Assembly (NCBI RefSeq): GCF_001949145.1
Contig: NW_019091480.1
Coordinates: 1,151,235-1,205,260, forward strand
Reading direction: 5' to 3'
Source of the DNA: Acanthaster planci
Taxonomy: Eukaryota
Length of the DNA stretch: 54,026 bases
Shown here: positions 34,760-47,278 of the stretch, one piece after another
Layout of the letters: each line of letters begins with the position of its first letter
Position numbering within the stretch: position 1 is the stretch's first letter
Notes under the pieces: generated by a model
What the model was told of the DNA's origin: nothing
Database searches by the model: none
The model's input: the letters and a program-made list of their open reading frames with translations, nothing else
Made by a program: the position numbers and the translations under genes

Positions 34760-36238
34760 GTGAGTCACTAATTTTGGACTTCAGTCAGTTTGACTCCCCA
34801 GCAGTAATCAGTTTGTTCCTTTGTGTTGGACCCATGGGGGCTGGATGGCGGGCAGCCTCACTGTGTCCTGCGTAGGACACTTGACCATTTCCTGTTATGC
34901 CTGCATTTAGTCCTATATTGCTGACATGGAAGGTTGGTTAAACTAAAGAACATGAATTGGAGTAAGAGCTGAAAAACTATTTGAACAATTTACCCATTTC
35001 TGGTGGTCGATGAGAGCCCATGATTGTACATGTGTGTGTGGTACTTCCTAATCACTTCTCGTTACATGGTTAATTAATTGTGTTTTGTTACTTTTGTCTT
35101 GGGACTCTACTTGACAAGCCATACCTTTTAGAGGCTTCCATCCACTGCAGCACTGTATTGCTGCTATGAAACGGTTCATATGGGAAATAAAGCGAAGGTG
35201 AAGTGAATATCAAATGGATGACAAAGCCAAAAAGGTCTGCTTCCGATTACGATTACGTGCCTCTCAAAAATTGGGTCAGTGGGTCAAGGAAAAAATTGGT
35301 GAGGGGGGTCTTTTTTGTACTGATTAAATGGGGATGGAAGCTATCAAAATTGCCACAAAAAGTGATAAAAACTTGTCTTAATCAGCGCAAAAATTTCCAC
35401 AATTGACAATTCTGGCGAATTATGGACGAATCACACCACTGTACACAACACTAGTCAGGTACACACGACAGGAAACTGGCAAACAAATGTCCGTATATCG
35501 TGTGGTAAGTGTGTGTGTGATGCATGTAGAGGGGTGGGCAATAAACCTCGTGCTGCGGCAGGAAATTTTGTCTAGACAAGCTTGCATCAACTATGAGCAA
35601 TATAGTCTCAAAAACATGTAAGCCTTTTGCGAGTTGAGTTCGAATAAAACCTAAACACTGTGTTAACTCATTGCACATAAACATAACAATTTGAATTCCC
35701 CACACTAAATACACTGTTGCTTTACATCGTGATTTGGGGCAAGCTTTTGCATAGCGACCGCCATCTCTGGAATGGACTGGTTCCCTTGTGCCCTTCTTGT
35801 CCATTGAAAACAGTGTATTGGTGCAATGCGTCTCTTATGTAACTACTAAGGAAAAGCGTTCACGTGAATTGACTCGAGAGTACCAGTTTTTATTCAGATT
35901 TAACTCGCGAAAGGCATTAACATCAATGTTTTTCCATGTGCAGCTGTAGAGCAGTGTGTGTGTACGGTGTAGTGCAATAATTCTATTTTGGCTTGAATGC
36001 ATCGATTGGTTACAGCAGTTTCCTTCCATCATTACCACAAGTTCCCTTCTCATTTCACTATCGCAGTAGTCGGGTATTGAAAACTTGTTGGCATTGTTGC
36101 ATAGCAACATGTTTAGCATTGTAGCACTCTGCATAGTGGTGTGAACTAAGAATTCTCAACTGTACATATTTTTACAATGGCACTCTTTGATAGCTTTGGC
36201 CTCCTTTCAGTCAAGATGATCTGTATTTTCTCTTGCAG

Positions 36239-36271
36239 GTGATGCATTTTATAGCTCCCCGGAAGAGGAAG
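36239..36271 (+). CDS. PARP4: PARP4 exon 28 (candidate micro-exon). Translation: (G)DAFYSSPEEE(G).
   Basis: The acceptor is ctcttgcag and the donor is gaag|gtaagt, phase 1 in and out. It is a phase-neutral cassette, so it could equally be an alternative exon. Confidence 0.3.
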
Positions 36272-38641
36272 GTAAGTCTTAATTGATTTCAGTTTTCTGA
36301 GCAGTAGATGCAACTTGTATATTCATTGATGCTTTTACATTTACTTCGGTTTCAGTGTTTCAGATTTTGAAATGGGGTGTCAAATTACTTGTGGTGGCAA
36401 ATCCATTCTTAGATGTCTTTATTCCACTGAACTGTCACTGTAATCATCACGTTTTCTGTGTGTCCTGTTGACATGAAGCAGGTTGAACTTGTTGACTACT
36501 GCACTTGATTTCGTAGGGTGTTTCTATAGTATGCATACAGGTACTCTTCAGGTTTCTATTGGAGCACAATTGTTTTACAGATGTACACCCTTCACACTGC
36601 CAGCAGCGTATTTGTTGTGTTTTTTGGTGATGCCGGTGTATTCAATTTAATAATAACAATAATTTTTTATAAAGTGCGCTCCATAAAAATTATCTCAGAG
36701 CGCTATACAATATACACTACAAACTATAACACCCGATAGGCCCTAATTAAAAATCATTACATATTACAAACTACAGGGATCAATTAAATAAAACAATGAT
36801 TATTTAAAAATCAACATAAAACTTAATTCACTAATTTACATTACAATAACCTTTTATTTTCCTTAAGTATACTCATAGTGGCAAAATCCATACACCTGTT
36901 ACCACTAGTATACTTGTAGTCGGCAGTCAGCATGTTAATAACAACTATCTACTTCTTTGTTACAGACTGGATAAATATGACATTGGAATGTGTTGCACCA
37001 GAGATACCTGAAAGCCGTGAGTCAATGGCCCATTGTTTTTTCGTCACAGATCCTGCTCCGGATCATGGGATCTATATCTGTGCAAAAACAGGCAGACCCG
37101 TTCACAAGCACATCAGATGACATTGATGACTGAATATATATTATCGTACGGCATTTATTTCACATTTTGGAGACAGAATGTCTGTGGTACTGTGTACATG
37201 TTCCAGGAACATCAGATCAGATGTAATGTTCCGTAATTGCAAAGTGCATTCTAAAAGAATTCTGAAGACATGCGGTAAGAGAAGTTCATTGAATGCTTTA
37301 AATCTACAAAAGAAACTTCTTGTTTCTCTCCGTCCATGGCACACGCTGCCAGCTTTAATCTTTCCCAGCCCATCTTGCAAGTTGGGCCCCTTAAAATGTA
37401 ATCCGCAGCAACTATTGCTGCGTCGGATCAGCAATCATCAATCAGGATTGCAGCAAGACAAACCAGACCATTGATTTTGAATGCCGGTTAGATTCTCACA
37501 CAGTGGCCCAGCCAGCGCCCTTTCCGTGGACTGATGAAGATGACAGTGGCTCATGCATGGCGTGGGTTGTGATGCCATTTTGTTTCCAAAATGGTTTTCC
37601 CTTTATTTATTAATTGTAAACTGTGCTCACCCATTAAGTTTGTAAAGCCAGTGCAGCTTTTTGTGGGCAATGTTACTAGGGCGCTGGGGCTGAATTCAAA
37701 TTGGGAGATCAGCTTTGGGCTGGGCACTGCACCCTGTTGCTTCTGAACAGAGTTGATCTTTAATCAACTCCGTCAGTTCTGAGTTGGTGAAGGGTGTCTC
37801 CCCTATTTCACATTAAATTTCTGATAGCCCGGGCAAAACGTGATGGACCTGTGGACTAAACGCACAGTAGTGCTCCATCCATCCCCAAGACAAGTTGAAA
37901 TTACAAATCTTGTTGCTTTCTTCTTTTTCTTTCATATTGAACACAGTGATGGGTAGCCATATTAGTCAGATATCAACAATGAAAATATATGCAGCACTTT
38001 GATGACCAACTAAGGTCCATTTTTGCATGAGCTTTCATAGCAATAGATACTTCATTAGATGCAATGACATAATCATCACCTGTTGTCTAGACCATCATAC
38101 AGGGCCTGTATTATACCTTGCCTAATGATGTTTACTGCGTTGCATCTGATGAAGTAGTTGTGCTATGAAAGCTTATGTAGAATTTTACCTTTGCTAGTCA
38201 TTAAAGTGATAAATACATGTATCATTTTTCCATTCATTTTCAAATGCAAGCCTTTTTTTAACAGGTCATTCCTGCAGGATTTTGAGAATTGTCATGTCAG
38301 TGTGAAGCAATTTTCATAATTAATAATATTTTTATACTGACCATCTTCTTTTTTGGGGGGGGGCGTGTGAAACATGTCTGCATGGGTTGGTGGTAGTCAC
38401 AGGACACACTCTGTTGCATGTGTGTTACCAGGGTAGGGGGAGGGGAAGAGGACTTTTTTTTTAAATACCAGGGAATGAACCCCTTCCACCATTAATGGTT
38501 CATCAGTTTGCTCTCATTAGGACAAAAGTCCTGCCCCCTAGAACATGTCCTAGCAACGCCCATGGTCTATTTGCCGTCGCGCGTGTTGAACTTTGAGTGT
38601 ATTCATTCATTATTCACCCTATCTCTTTTTTGCCTCAACAG

Positions 38642-38785
38642 CGAGCTATGTACCCACTTCACCGTCTTTTATGGGTGCGTCAGATCCTTTTGCTCGAATT
38701 GGGTACATGAGTGATGATGATGAGGAGTATTTGGAGCCAAGCGCTGAGGAAAGTTACGATTTGGATGAGGATAAGTATGAGAATG
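38642..38785 (+). CDS. PARP4: PARP4 exon 29 (candidate acidic exon). Translation: (A)SYVPTSPSFMGASDPFARIGYMSDDDEEYLEPSAEESYDLDEDKYEN(D).
   Basis: The acceptor is tgcctcaacag and the donor is aatg|gtgagc, phase 1 in and out. The peptide is in frame with ORF 38593..38871. Confidence 0.45.
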
Positions 38786-39339
38786 GTGAGCAGATGATGG
38801 AAAGCATATTGATGCTAAGCATGGCTATGTTCCGGTTTCTGCTTAGCGTGTCGTTGATTAAACCCCAGTGATATCACCAATGTGGTAAAATAACACTAGC
38901 TTACCAATCAAGCATTATTAATTTACCAATCAAGCATATTATAAGAAATCCTCAGTGGTATTCAGCCAGGATATCAGCTTGGTAGCTGACCAGAACTGGA
39001 CAGCTGTCTTTCAAATCACGCATCTATAATGGAGAAAAGCACAGTCTCCAAAGTTTGGGAGTTCGCATTGGTTGCTGTGCCCAACTTGACCCGAAGTTTT
39101 CTCTTCTGCATGGAATGCTGTGTCAATCTATGTTCGTAGATGTGTCTGAAATGAGTTGAATAGCTGTGAGACATCACCAGACAACAACCTGTTGGCCCAT
39201 CCTCTCCCAGTATTGAGCAGAAGATATGTAGGGCGCTGAGTTCAGCCTGCCTTGCCCTAGTCTGTCTCTCAGAAACCCTTAATGCACTGGTTCACCGTTG
39301 GGTTAAGAATCTAATCATTTGTTTGTGTTTTCTTTCAAG

Positions 39340-39411
39340 ATGAATCAGAGAGCTCTGAAGAGGAAATGGAGCGGGATCTTTTCCTCTTGGAGGAGGAAAA
39401 ACAAGCACTCC
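39340..39411 (+). CDS. PARP4: PARP4 exon 30 (candidate acidic exon). Translation: (D)ESESSEEEMERDLFLLEEEKQAL(L).
   Basis: The acceptor is ttctttcaag and the donor is ctcc|gtaagg, phase 1 in and out. It joins in frame to the large exon at 42537. Confidence 0.4.
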
Positions 39412-42231
39412 GTAAGGGTTTGTTTTTGAGTACCTAGGCTTTATACATGAAACCGGGGAGCCCGAAACCGGTACAAAGAGTTGGACCTTGTAACAAAAGA
39501 CCATGCTCAGCCCAAAAGACTGAGCTGCTGGGCATTACCGACATTTTTTCACTCTCAATAGTGGAGATAATCCAGCCTTGTTTTGTAACAGTATACCACG
39601 GTGTGGGGCATTTAGATTGAGCGGATTACCACCGGGGACTAAAGCGCTCCACCACCGCAGCGATGAGCCACACAGCACCGCTGCATGCTAATCTGGCCCC
39701 TATTGAAAAGAGGTCAGCAGCGCACTGTTCCAGGTTCGGGGCCAAAAGAATCTTACATAACACCGCACAATCTGGGCTATTTTTACAAGGCTGCAGGCCT
39801 GGCTGAAATACTCAGGCATCAATGAAGGCTACCTGTCACCTTAGAGTAGAGCCCAAAGAGCCCTTCATGTGTGTTTAAATGTCCGTTAAATAAAATGATG
39901 AATTTTTGAAAAATTTTGAAAACTGAAAATCTTGAAAATTGCCCTGTATGTGTGCGCTGCATTTTTATTAGCACCCGGCAGCAAGTGGTTATTACCGAGT
40001 AATGAAATTTTTCAATTAACACTGGCTATATTTTCTGAGCAGTGGGCAAATAGAAGTTGTATCTAGTGCTGTAAGCAGCAAGAATTTCCAAATGGGTGAA
40101 TTAAGCCAAAATTTTGATTATGTTTTCGAATTAGCTGGGTGAGAACCTGTGCACCTTCAATCTTACATAACCTTTCATTTGTCTGATCCTTTCCACATAA
40201 AATAGCTTTTCCTTCGAGCTGCAGGAAAAATATTGGAGGGGGCGGGGAGCTGTTTCGAAAAAAAGAGTCCAAACATGCAAGTGTCGCAGGAGAAGATAAA
40301 CCTGTAAGTCAGCCATGGAGATAACTTTACTATTTTCGTAATGCCAGTCATTATAACCATGAACTGGCTTCAAATTTGGCCAAGAGCTAGGCATGTTGTT
40401 TCCAAAGCCCTTAAAGTAATGGCAACTCGCTGGTTATGTTAGTACCTTGTACACATGGCACATGCAGTATGTTCAATCTTTATATACCCAGTACAACACC
40501 ACTACACCGACCAGCACAGTACCGAACAGCTGGGTTCACCAAACATCCCTTTTGATTCCCAAATTGTCAGTGTACCTTTGCTGAACATTGAAAAGTTACA
40601 TGAACATTAATTAAAAAGCAGTTTAATTAGGACCGATTATAATATCCAGAAAGGTGAGGAAACTCGTAGCTCAAGAAATCATACAAAGAGCAACAGCCAA
40701 CACTGCATGCAGTCTGTGTCACATGTGGCCCATGCTCTACACAATGAATCTTTGAGTGTGCACAGGTGGCTGTGTTAATCAGCCTCCAAGTAATGCACAG
40801 TATGCATGTGACATGAGCAGCTCTGACGCAGAAAATCGTTTTGGTGTTATTACTCCGAAGGCAAGAATTTTGCCTTGCTTAAAAAATCAAAATAGAAAAT
40901 ACGGAGAGAGACTGATTTAGCTGTGTGACAGAAATCTTCATCTAGTTGCTGCTTTGTTTTAGTTTTAACAGCTTTTGCCTAACATTTCTTATGTTGCTAG
41001 GATCAGACATTTATAATTGAATGTGAAACAGTGAGCGTCAAGGCCCAATTTTCAGTGTTGATGTTTATGTGTAAGTCAGAAATGTCGGTTCAAAATTCTC
41101 ACGCAGATACATTTGGTAGGCAAACCATCCCACGTTGGACTGGGCAGGATTCAGGAGAGGGTGCATTAGTGACTGATTATCGCTGTACAGGATGACAGCT
41201 ACATGCATGCTGAACATTTTATGTGGATCCCGTTGTAGTAGTGGTGTACTGTGTTGGTCACTTGTCGACAGCGATCATTTCTCTCAAACCCCCCCCCCTT
41301 GTGTATACTATGCAGAAACACCCTAAAGAGGGTATTACTGGAAATGTTGCTGACTGGAATGTTTGGATCAAATGATACCAAGATTGTCAACAGATTTGGA
41401 AAAGAGTTAACTCTAGCCGCTGTACGATTCCCCCAGCCAAACTAATTCATGTTTTGCACACTGCTGTCAAACTTCGAGTCTACACATGGGTCATCGATGG
41501 TCAGTCAATAAACGTTCAGCCTTAGCACTTGGAATCAATCTCCACTCTTCAAGCCTTGAGCTATTGAGATTGAGTGCATGGATTATTTTACGACACATCA
41601 GTTACTGGCTAGTGTACCATCATGAATACATGTATTCCCTCATTTGGAACACCATGGCCTCTGAAAGCACAGGAAGGATGTCTGCGACAGTCTGAATTTC
41701 TACCTTGTTTTCTCAAAAGGTATTGTAAGGAAATGGAGTTGAACTTTCATTTATCTCTCTTTTCTGTAGATGCTGAAAAAGAAACCAGACAAAGAAGAAC
41801 AAAAGTTAGAAAGCGACAGAAGTAAGTAAAAAGTTTCTTTTTAAATCTGCTTCCAGAATGCAAAAATCAGAATCACTTTATGCCAACCATCCTTTATGCC
41901 TGTTGTATATTTGCTGTTGAGCTGTAAAATCTAATACAGGAAAGTTTATTACCAAGTAGGGTTTTTTCGAGCATAACCTTTTTAAGGATGCATGAACAAT
42001 TGTTCGTGAGTGAATCACACATCAGCCACAAATGAATGCTATCATTGACTAAAATCCCCAAACCAAGCAGGGGGTACCCAGCAAGCAGTACTGAAAAAGC
42101 CTTCGTCTTGTATCAAGTGTTAAGCTGGGGCAAGTCTTGTGACAGACAAGATGGTCTTCTGCTGTTATACCCTGCAGAGCTCCAACCGAGACCAGCACAA
42201 AGTCCCAACTCACACCCACAATCAAACTTGG

Positions 42232-42243
42232 GGGGGGGGGGGG
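42232..42243. repeat. Poly(G) homopolymer run of 12 G in the intron upstream of the giant exon
   Basis: The sequence is caaacttGGGGGGGGGGGGaagcac. Confidence 0.9.
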
Positions 42244-42536
42244 AAGCACTCCTGTTTCACTTCTCTACTCCTTTGAATTCAGTGCCTGAGATCAGACTTG
42301 TAGCTCGATTGGGAATGCCTAGTGTCGCAGGCTTGTTTGCCTCCAAATGACAGATGAAAAGTGTTGGCCATAATCCCAAGCGCCTGATTAATCAAAGTTA
42401 CATGTATGTAGCCTTGTTTAAAAAAGCAAAGAGCTCAAGAGCTGAATTTGCTAAGGCTGGATTCCTGTGCACGCTCCTTTAATCTGGCAGAATCACTTGT
42501 GTAAACCTTCTCATTCTTGTCATACACAACTTACAG

Positions 42537-44234
42537 TGTCTATACGACCAAAAGAAGCAGCTCCCCCTGCACATGCTAAGGTCTTGGTGGAAGATGTGGT
42601 AAACACCGGTTTCTTCACCTCCACAGGACAGCAACAAACACAGCAACAAGAGCATGCAACGGTAAATTTGCTTCCGGGTCTGTCCTTTAAAGCAGTTGAG
42701 CATTCCCTGGAACCTGCAACCTATAGAAGGTTGTCCTCTCCACCCTCAAGCCGACGAGCAAAGGGAATATCAGAACAGGCTATAACGCCTTCTACTCCAG
42801 CCGCTGGATACTCCTCACTAGACTCAGCGTGGGGCGGGCAGCCCCGAGGCCTTCCCGGAATGATGGGAGAGTTCTTGGGAGACACTGAATCAGCTGATTA
42901 CCTGGTAAGATCACAAGTGGCAGGAGGGTTTTCATTTGGAGCAGCTGCCTCTGCTGCAGCAACCCCAAGTTTTGGAAGTGCTGGTCCCCAGGCAGTGGGT
43001 GATAAAGCCACATCTTCAGATGTTACACCAAGAGCAGAAGCCGCATCAGGGTTCTCATTTGGTGCAACAACCTCCACTACCTCATTTGGTGGTTTTGGAA
43101 GTGCCCAGCCTCCGTCACTGGCTGATGAGTCTTCATTTGCTGATTTCACACCAAGGGCAGTAGCAGCGGCAGGATTCTCATTTGAAGCATCAGCCCCCGC
43201 TGCACCTTCCATGACTTTCGGAAGTTTTCAGCCTCCACCCACGGCTGCCATACCCACAGCCACCTCTGCCCCAGCAAGACCTGGCTTTGCTGCCTCTGGT
43301 ATGTTTGGACAAGCAGCTCCGGTGGCAGCTAGCCTTCCTAGGCTCCCATTAGATACCGGCGTCATGATAGGAATTACTCCCCCCCTTCCAATTAATGCCC
43401 AGCAAGCTGTTCCACCCCCACTCCCATTAAGAAGGGCTGTCCCAGAGCTTCAGCTGGCAAGTGACAAGGTGTGCCCCAAAATACTCCCTCTACCCACACT
43501 TTCTGTGTCGGTCCTAGAGCCTGAAGCACAATTTGTTGCTTCATTTACATGTACGTCAACCCAACCATGTGAGATGAAGAGAGCGTCAAAGCGACGGGCT
43601 GGTAAGAAACCAGAGGCAAAAAAAGTCAGTCCACTCCATGGACGTAGAGCACAAGATTCCAAGGAATCACCTGAACCTGCTACTGGTTTAAAAGTGGCCC
43701 GGAGTACAATGGGCACAGTGAAATCTGCAGTGATTAGTGAGGAGGGCGTTGCTCTAGGAAAACGTCCGGGGCCCATTCAGCAGAGGAGAAGCCTACAGAA
43801 AGATACAGCCAGAGCCAAGATGGATGAGCCGTGTGAGAGAGAAGCCCCAGCAAAACTCTGGGCAACAAAGAAAAAGAAGAAAGGTTACATGTTACCGACC
43901 TACAGTATATCTCTGGAGTCAGGCAAAGCAGAAGATTACATTTCTGAGGAGGTTGGTCTTTCTTTTGAGGATGCTTCAGTCCTGACAGAAATGGCAGATG
44001 GCCAAGATGAGATGGAAACATCTGCTGCATTCGATTGGCAAATAGTCCAACGTCGAACTGAAAAAAAGAGAGGACGGGAAGCCAGCGCTGCTGTTGGCAA
44101 GGGCCGACCCTGTGATGATGAACTGCCCCCAGCAGTCCCTCCCAGTCAGATGGCCAGGGACCATGATGCAATGGATGACCAGATAAGCGAAGCCATTAGT
44201 GCGCCACTGGGCTTTGAAGCAAGGGAGTCATCAG
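42537..44234 (+). CDS. PARP4: PARP4 exon 31, a giant exon (about 1.7 kb, about 566 codons). It encodes a Ser/Ala/Pro/Thr-rich low-complexity region with three tandem repeats of about 40 aa carrying GFSFG(A)...SFG motifs, followed by a Lys/Arg-rich and acidic segment.
   Basis: This is the 622-aa ORF 42467..44335. The acceptor cttacag at 42535/6 gives a phase-1 entry (L)SIRPKEAAPP.... The donor tcag|gtaagt at 44234/5 gives a phase-1 exit that is exactly what the well-supported next exon (GFRK...) requires. Human PARP4 has an analogous low-complexity region (SLSFASYRQVASFGSAAPP...). Internal gtaag-like sites at about 42620 and about 42905 mean the true 5' boundary could differ. Confidence 0.65.
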
Positions 44235-44599
44235 GTAAGTTCACCTCCTCTGCCGAAGCCACCCTGACATCTGTCAGGATTTTAGTGGTTGTCCAGGAAG
44301 ATTTTTCATTGACTAAAATAAATAAAGCCAATTAGTTATCATAAAGAGAAATAAAGGAGTTTGTTTTGTTCAATATTGCTCAACTTCTGAAGCCACTTTG
44401 ATGTTTGTCATGGTCTGAATAGTTGACTTAAGAGAATAATGGGCTCCAGTTTGTTCACTCTTGCTTCTTGAAAGAATGGCCAACTTCACGTTTATTATGT
44501 ACTCTTAGAACAACTTCCATTTGTCAATTAATTATATATTTTTTGCCCTGCCCGACGTGTATTATCACACTGTGTACTCAGTGTTTGCCCCCAAACGCT

Positions 44600-44690
44600 T
44601 GTGAAAAATCACAAGTGTACTTGGGTGGGACTCGAACCTACGACCTCCTGCTTACCAGTGTGTCTTAACCACTCCACTACAGAGCTTGCC
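44600..44690 (-). ncRNA. tRNA-derived pol III element (SINE-like or tRNA pseudogene). It has an A box, a B box and a T5 terminator, but does not fold into a complete cloverleaf.
   Basis: The minus strand reads ...GCTCTGTAGTGGAGTGGTTAAGACACACTGGTAAGCAGGAGGTCGTAGGTTCGAGTCCCACCCAAGTACACTTGTGATTTTTC. TAGTGGAGTGG fits the A-box consensus TRGYNNARNNG. GGTTCGAGTCC is a canonical B box about 35 nt downstream. TTTTT follows about 12 nt after the T-arm. No 7-bp acceptor stem could be closed. Confidence 0.4.
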
Positions 44691-45155
44691 GGTGTCGGCT
44701 GGCTGGTCAGATGTAGCAGCGGGTACCACAAACAACTATTTTCAAGAAAAAAAATCTAAAATTTATTGACATCACCCTGGTGCAAATCCATCCTTGGAAA
44801 TAACTTCCATTTGAGCGACAAAAAAAAAAGAAAACGGTTTATCCGAGAAAACTAAAGTTGATTTTGTTCTGCGTTGCTCTTGAGACTTAATTTGAATGAT
44901 GGGAAATATGAAGATTATAAAAGGTGCATGAGTCGTGCAGGTTCTGAACTGATGAAGATACACTTTGTAGCATTTGTATCACACTGTTGTGGAGGCGAGA
45001 GACTGCTTTCAGTGATATTTTTCGCTGTACAAATTTCCTGTTATTCAGTACACTAAATACGGAAACATTTCCTCTTGCTGTTTTCAACATTTGGAATCAT
45101 GATAAAGAACTTTGCAAAGTTGACTACCCTTAAAAGTTCTTGTTCTACATCCCAG

Positions 45156-45223
45156 GATTCAGAAAGCACCCTGGCACTTATCGTTTGGCAACCATCATGA
45201 GACTTTTGAAATCACAGAACGAG
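45156..45223 (+). CDS. PARP4: PARP4 exon 32 (C-terminal MVP-interaction region). Translation: (G)FRKHPGTYRLATIMRLLKSQNE.
   Basis: The acceptor is ctacatcccag and the donor is gag|gtgagt, phase 1 in and phase 0 out. GFRK matches human DGFWKLTPELGLIL...LKQKG. Confidence 0.7.
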
Positions 45224-45428
45224 GTGAGTGAGTTGTTTGCTTAAATCTCACTGCTTTGATTTCAGACCCGAATTACATAGGAAAATCTTTAAGCTGGTGA
45301 AAGACAAGACCTTATCTTCCAGGCAAATCAGATAGATAATTCTCCACATAAACATTGAAGCGTTGAGGATCCTGGGATGATTCCCCTGAAATTGGAGCCT
45401 CAGTCAACCTATGTCTTGTAACTTGCAG

Positions 45429-45528
45429 GATGGGTGTTGGGACCTGTTTGCGGGCATTCAGGTGTTCGTTGGGGTCCGACTGAAGCCAGTCAGGAACCTA
45501 CTGAAGGAAGCTGGATTGAACTCGCTAG
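45429..45528 (+). CDS. PARP4: PARP4 exon 33. Translation: DGCWDLFAGIQVFVGVRLKPVRNLLKEAGLNSL(G).
   Basis: The acceptor is aacttgcag and the donor is ctag|gtaagt. LLKEAGLNSLG matches human FLKQKGIQSLG. Confidence 0.8.
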
Positions 45529-47278
45529 GTAAGTGACAGGCCAAAAAAAAAATTAATAACCTTCGGACGTGCTGCATGTGCTGCTTAAGTTTTTTCCCTG
45601 CCATTTTGCACAGGGGTAAAAGTTAAGTAAGAAATAAGCCTGCTTTGGCCGAAGTTTAGCACCAAAAGAGCCAGGTTATTTTGGCCCATCTCATCCAGGG
45701 GGGGGAATGTACATTTTTGGCTGACCTGTCTCGAAAGAACAGTATATTTGACGTCAAAAATTTTGTGTCAAAATGATTGCAAAGAGTTACATGTACTCTA
45801 AAAACGTCTACAGGCTAGACCCTAAAAAATGCTCTGCCATGATATCAAGAAAAATGTCAAGGGGGTTGGATTCCCCTCCTCCCGGCTCTTTTAGGGTTAA
45901 TGCAGGGACATGTCTGTATAGTTCTGGATAATTTGTGGCGAGAGTTCCTGTCATTCAGCTCAGTATGCTGAAGAGGCAGCAAGAACTACCTACAGTCATA
46001 CCATCAAATAAATAATGGGTATCATTTTAGCCTGCTATATGTGTGCTCCTTTTAGTCTAATTTGGGAGTCAGTTCAACAGTACCCCACGATTGGGGGTGG
46101 GGGGGCAAATTTCACAGTTAGGCTCCGGTATTGTGAAACAGCTTTCATGCATTGGCTAGGCAAGGAATATTTTGACATTGACAAGCCCTGCCCCCTCCTT
46201 TCAGATGTTAGAGGTATGGACAGCTGGCAAAATCGGGATGGTAAATGGAACCAATGAAGATTTGGGACTGGTCATGAAAGGACAACTCACTGATTCAAAA
46301 TGCACTCCTTATGTCTCCAGAAAGATTGAGCTGAAAATAGATTGGCTTGTATAAATGCTTCAATGCATTTTAAGATTTTCCTGACAATTTCCGCCAATGT
46401 TAACTTTGACAGCAACATTCTTAAGTGGATATACCTCCCTCAGTTCTTAGACTGTCTGCATTTCGACATCTTGTTTGTCCTTAGCTGGGAACATCTGATA
46501 CCTTTTGTTGTACAAGCAAACTGTCCTGCTGAAGTCAAACGGTGGTGATGCCAATTTTCACAGTAATATTCCCTTGGGTAATGAAGAGTTTCTATCTGTG
46601 GAATCTATAGGAAAGTATAGAGACAATTTCTACAGCACATTAATGCTATTGAAGAAATTCTCCACATACCTTTTCTAAGATGGTTATTCATTATCAATCT
46701 GGTCGACAACAAGTCTATCACTGTCACTCACAAGTCTGTTTCACCTATAGGCCAATTACAAGTCAGGCAAGTCCTTGAACAAGCAGGTTAGGCACTTGTA
46801 AATTGCAGGTCAGCATCAAATCAAATCACAAGTCAGGTCATTAGTAAAGTTACAAAGGATCGTCTTTGTCATAGTTGATAACATGGCTTGTTGATGCTCT
46901 GAGCATCATACTGAAGAAGTAGTTGTCTGTGAAAGGCCCTAAGAAGCACCTTTTGTTTAGCCTTTTGTGGCAATCTGGTTACTTTTTTCTCAAACTGTTT
47001 GCCAGGCCAGGTACTGTTTTTTTTTTAATTTCCTGAGGAAGCAGTGAGAAGGTGTGTTACCTCAGGTTTCTTTCAGATTCCCAGAAAAAATCTCTCTTCA
47101 GATTTGCCCAACCGATACAAGTATGGGTCAACTTACTTTGAAACAACCTCCAGGGATTAATTTTGAAGTAACACTTTAATTAAAATCAAAGGGATAAAAT
47201 GTCCACAGTAGCAGACTACAAGCTTTGACCTGCACCAACATGATTATCTCTCCTCTTTCATCCATGGCTTGCAAATAG

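Noticed and set aside
41772-41823. Basic micro-exon HAEKETRQRRTKVRKRQ with good splice signals
   Set aside because: Its phase-2 exit is incompatible with the only in-frame acceptor of the giant exon, which needs phase-1 entry. It is not included in the main model and is flagged as a possible alternative exon only.
44600-44690. A bona fide tRNA gene
   Set aside because: A and B boxes and a terminator are present, but I could not pair a 7-bp acceptor stem or form a sensible D-arm and anticodon arm. It is recorded instead as a tRNA-derived or SINE-like element.
46015-46257. ORF of 80 aa between exons 33 and 34 as an extra coding exon
   Set aside because: The peptides of exons 33 and 34 are directly contiguous in the human alignment (SLG|GEEVALK matching SLG|VKGRECLL), so no intervening exon is required. 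The ORF has no homology.
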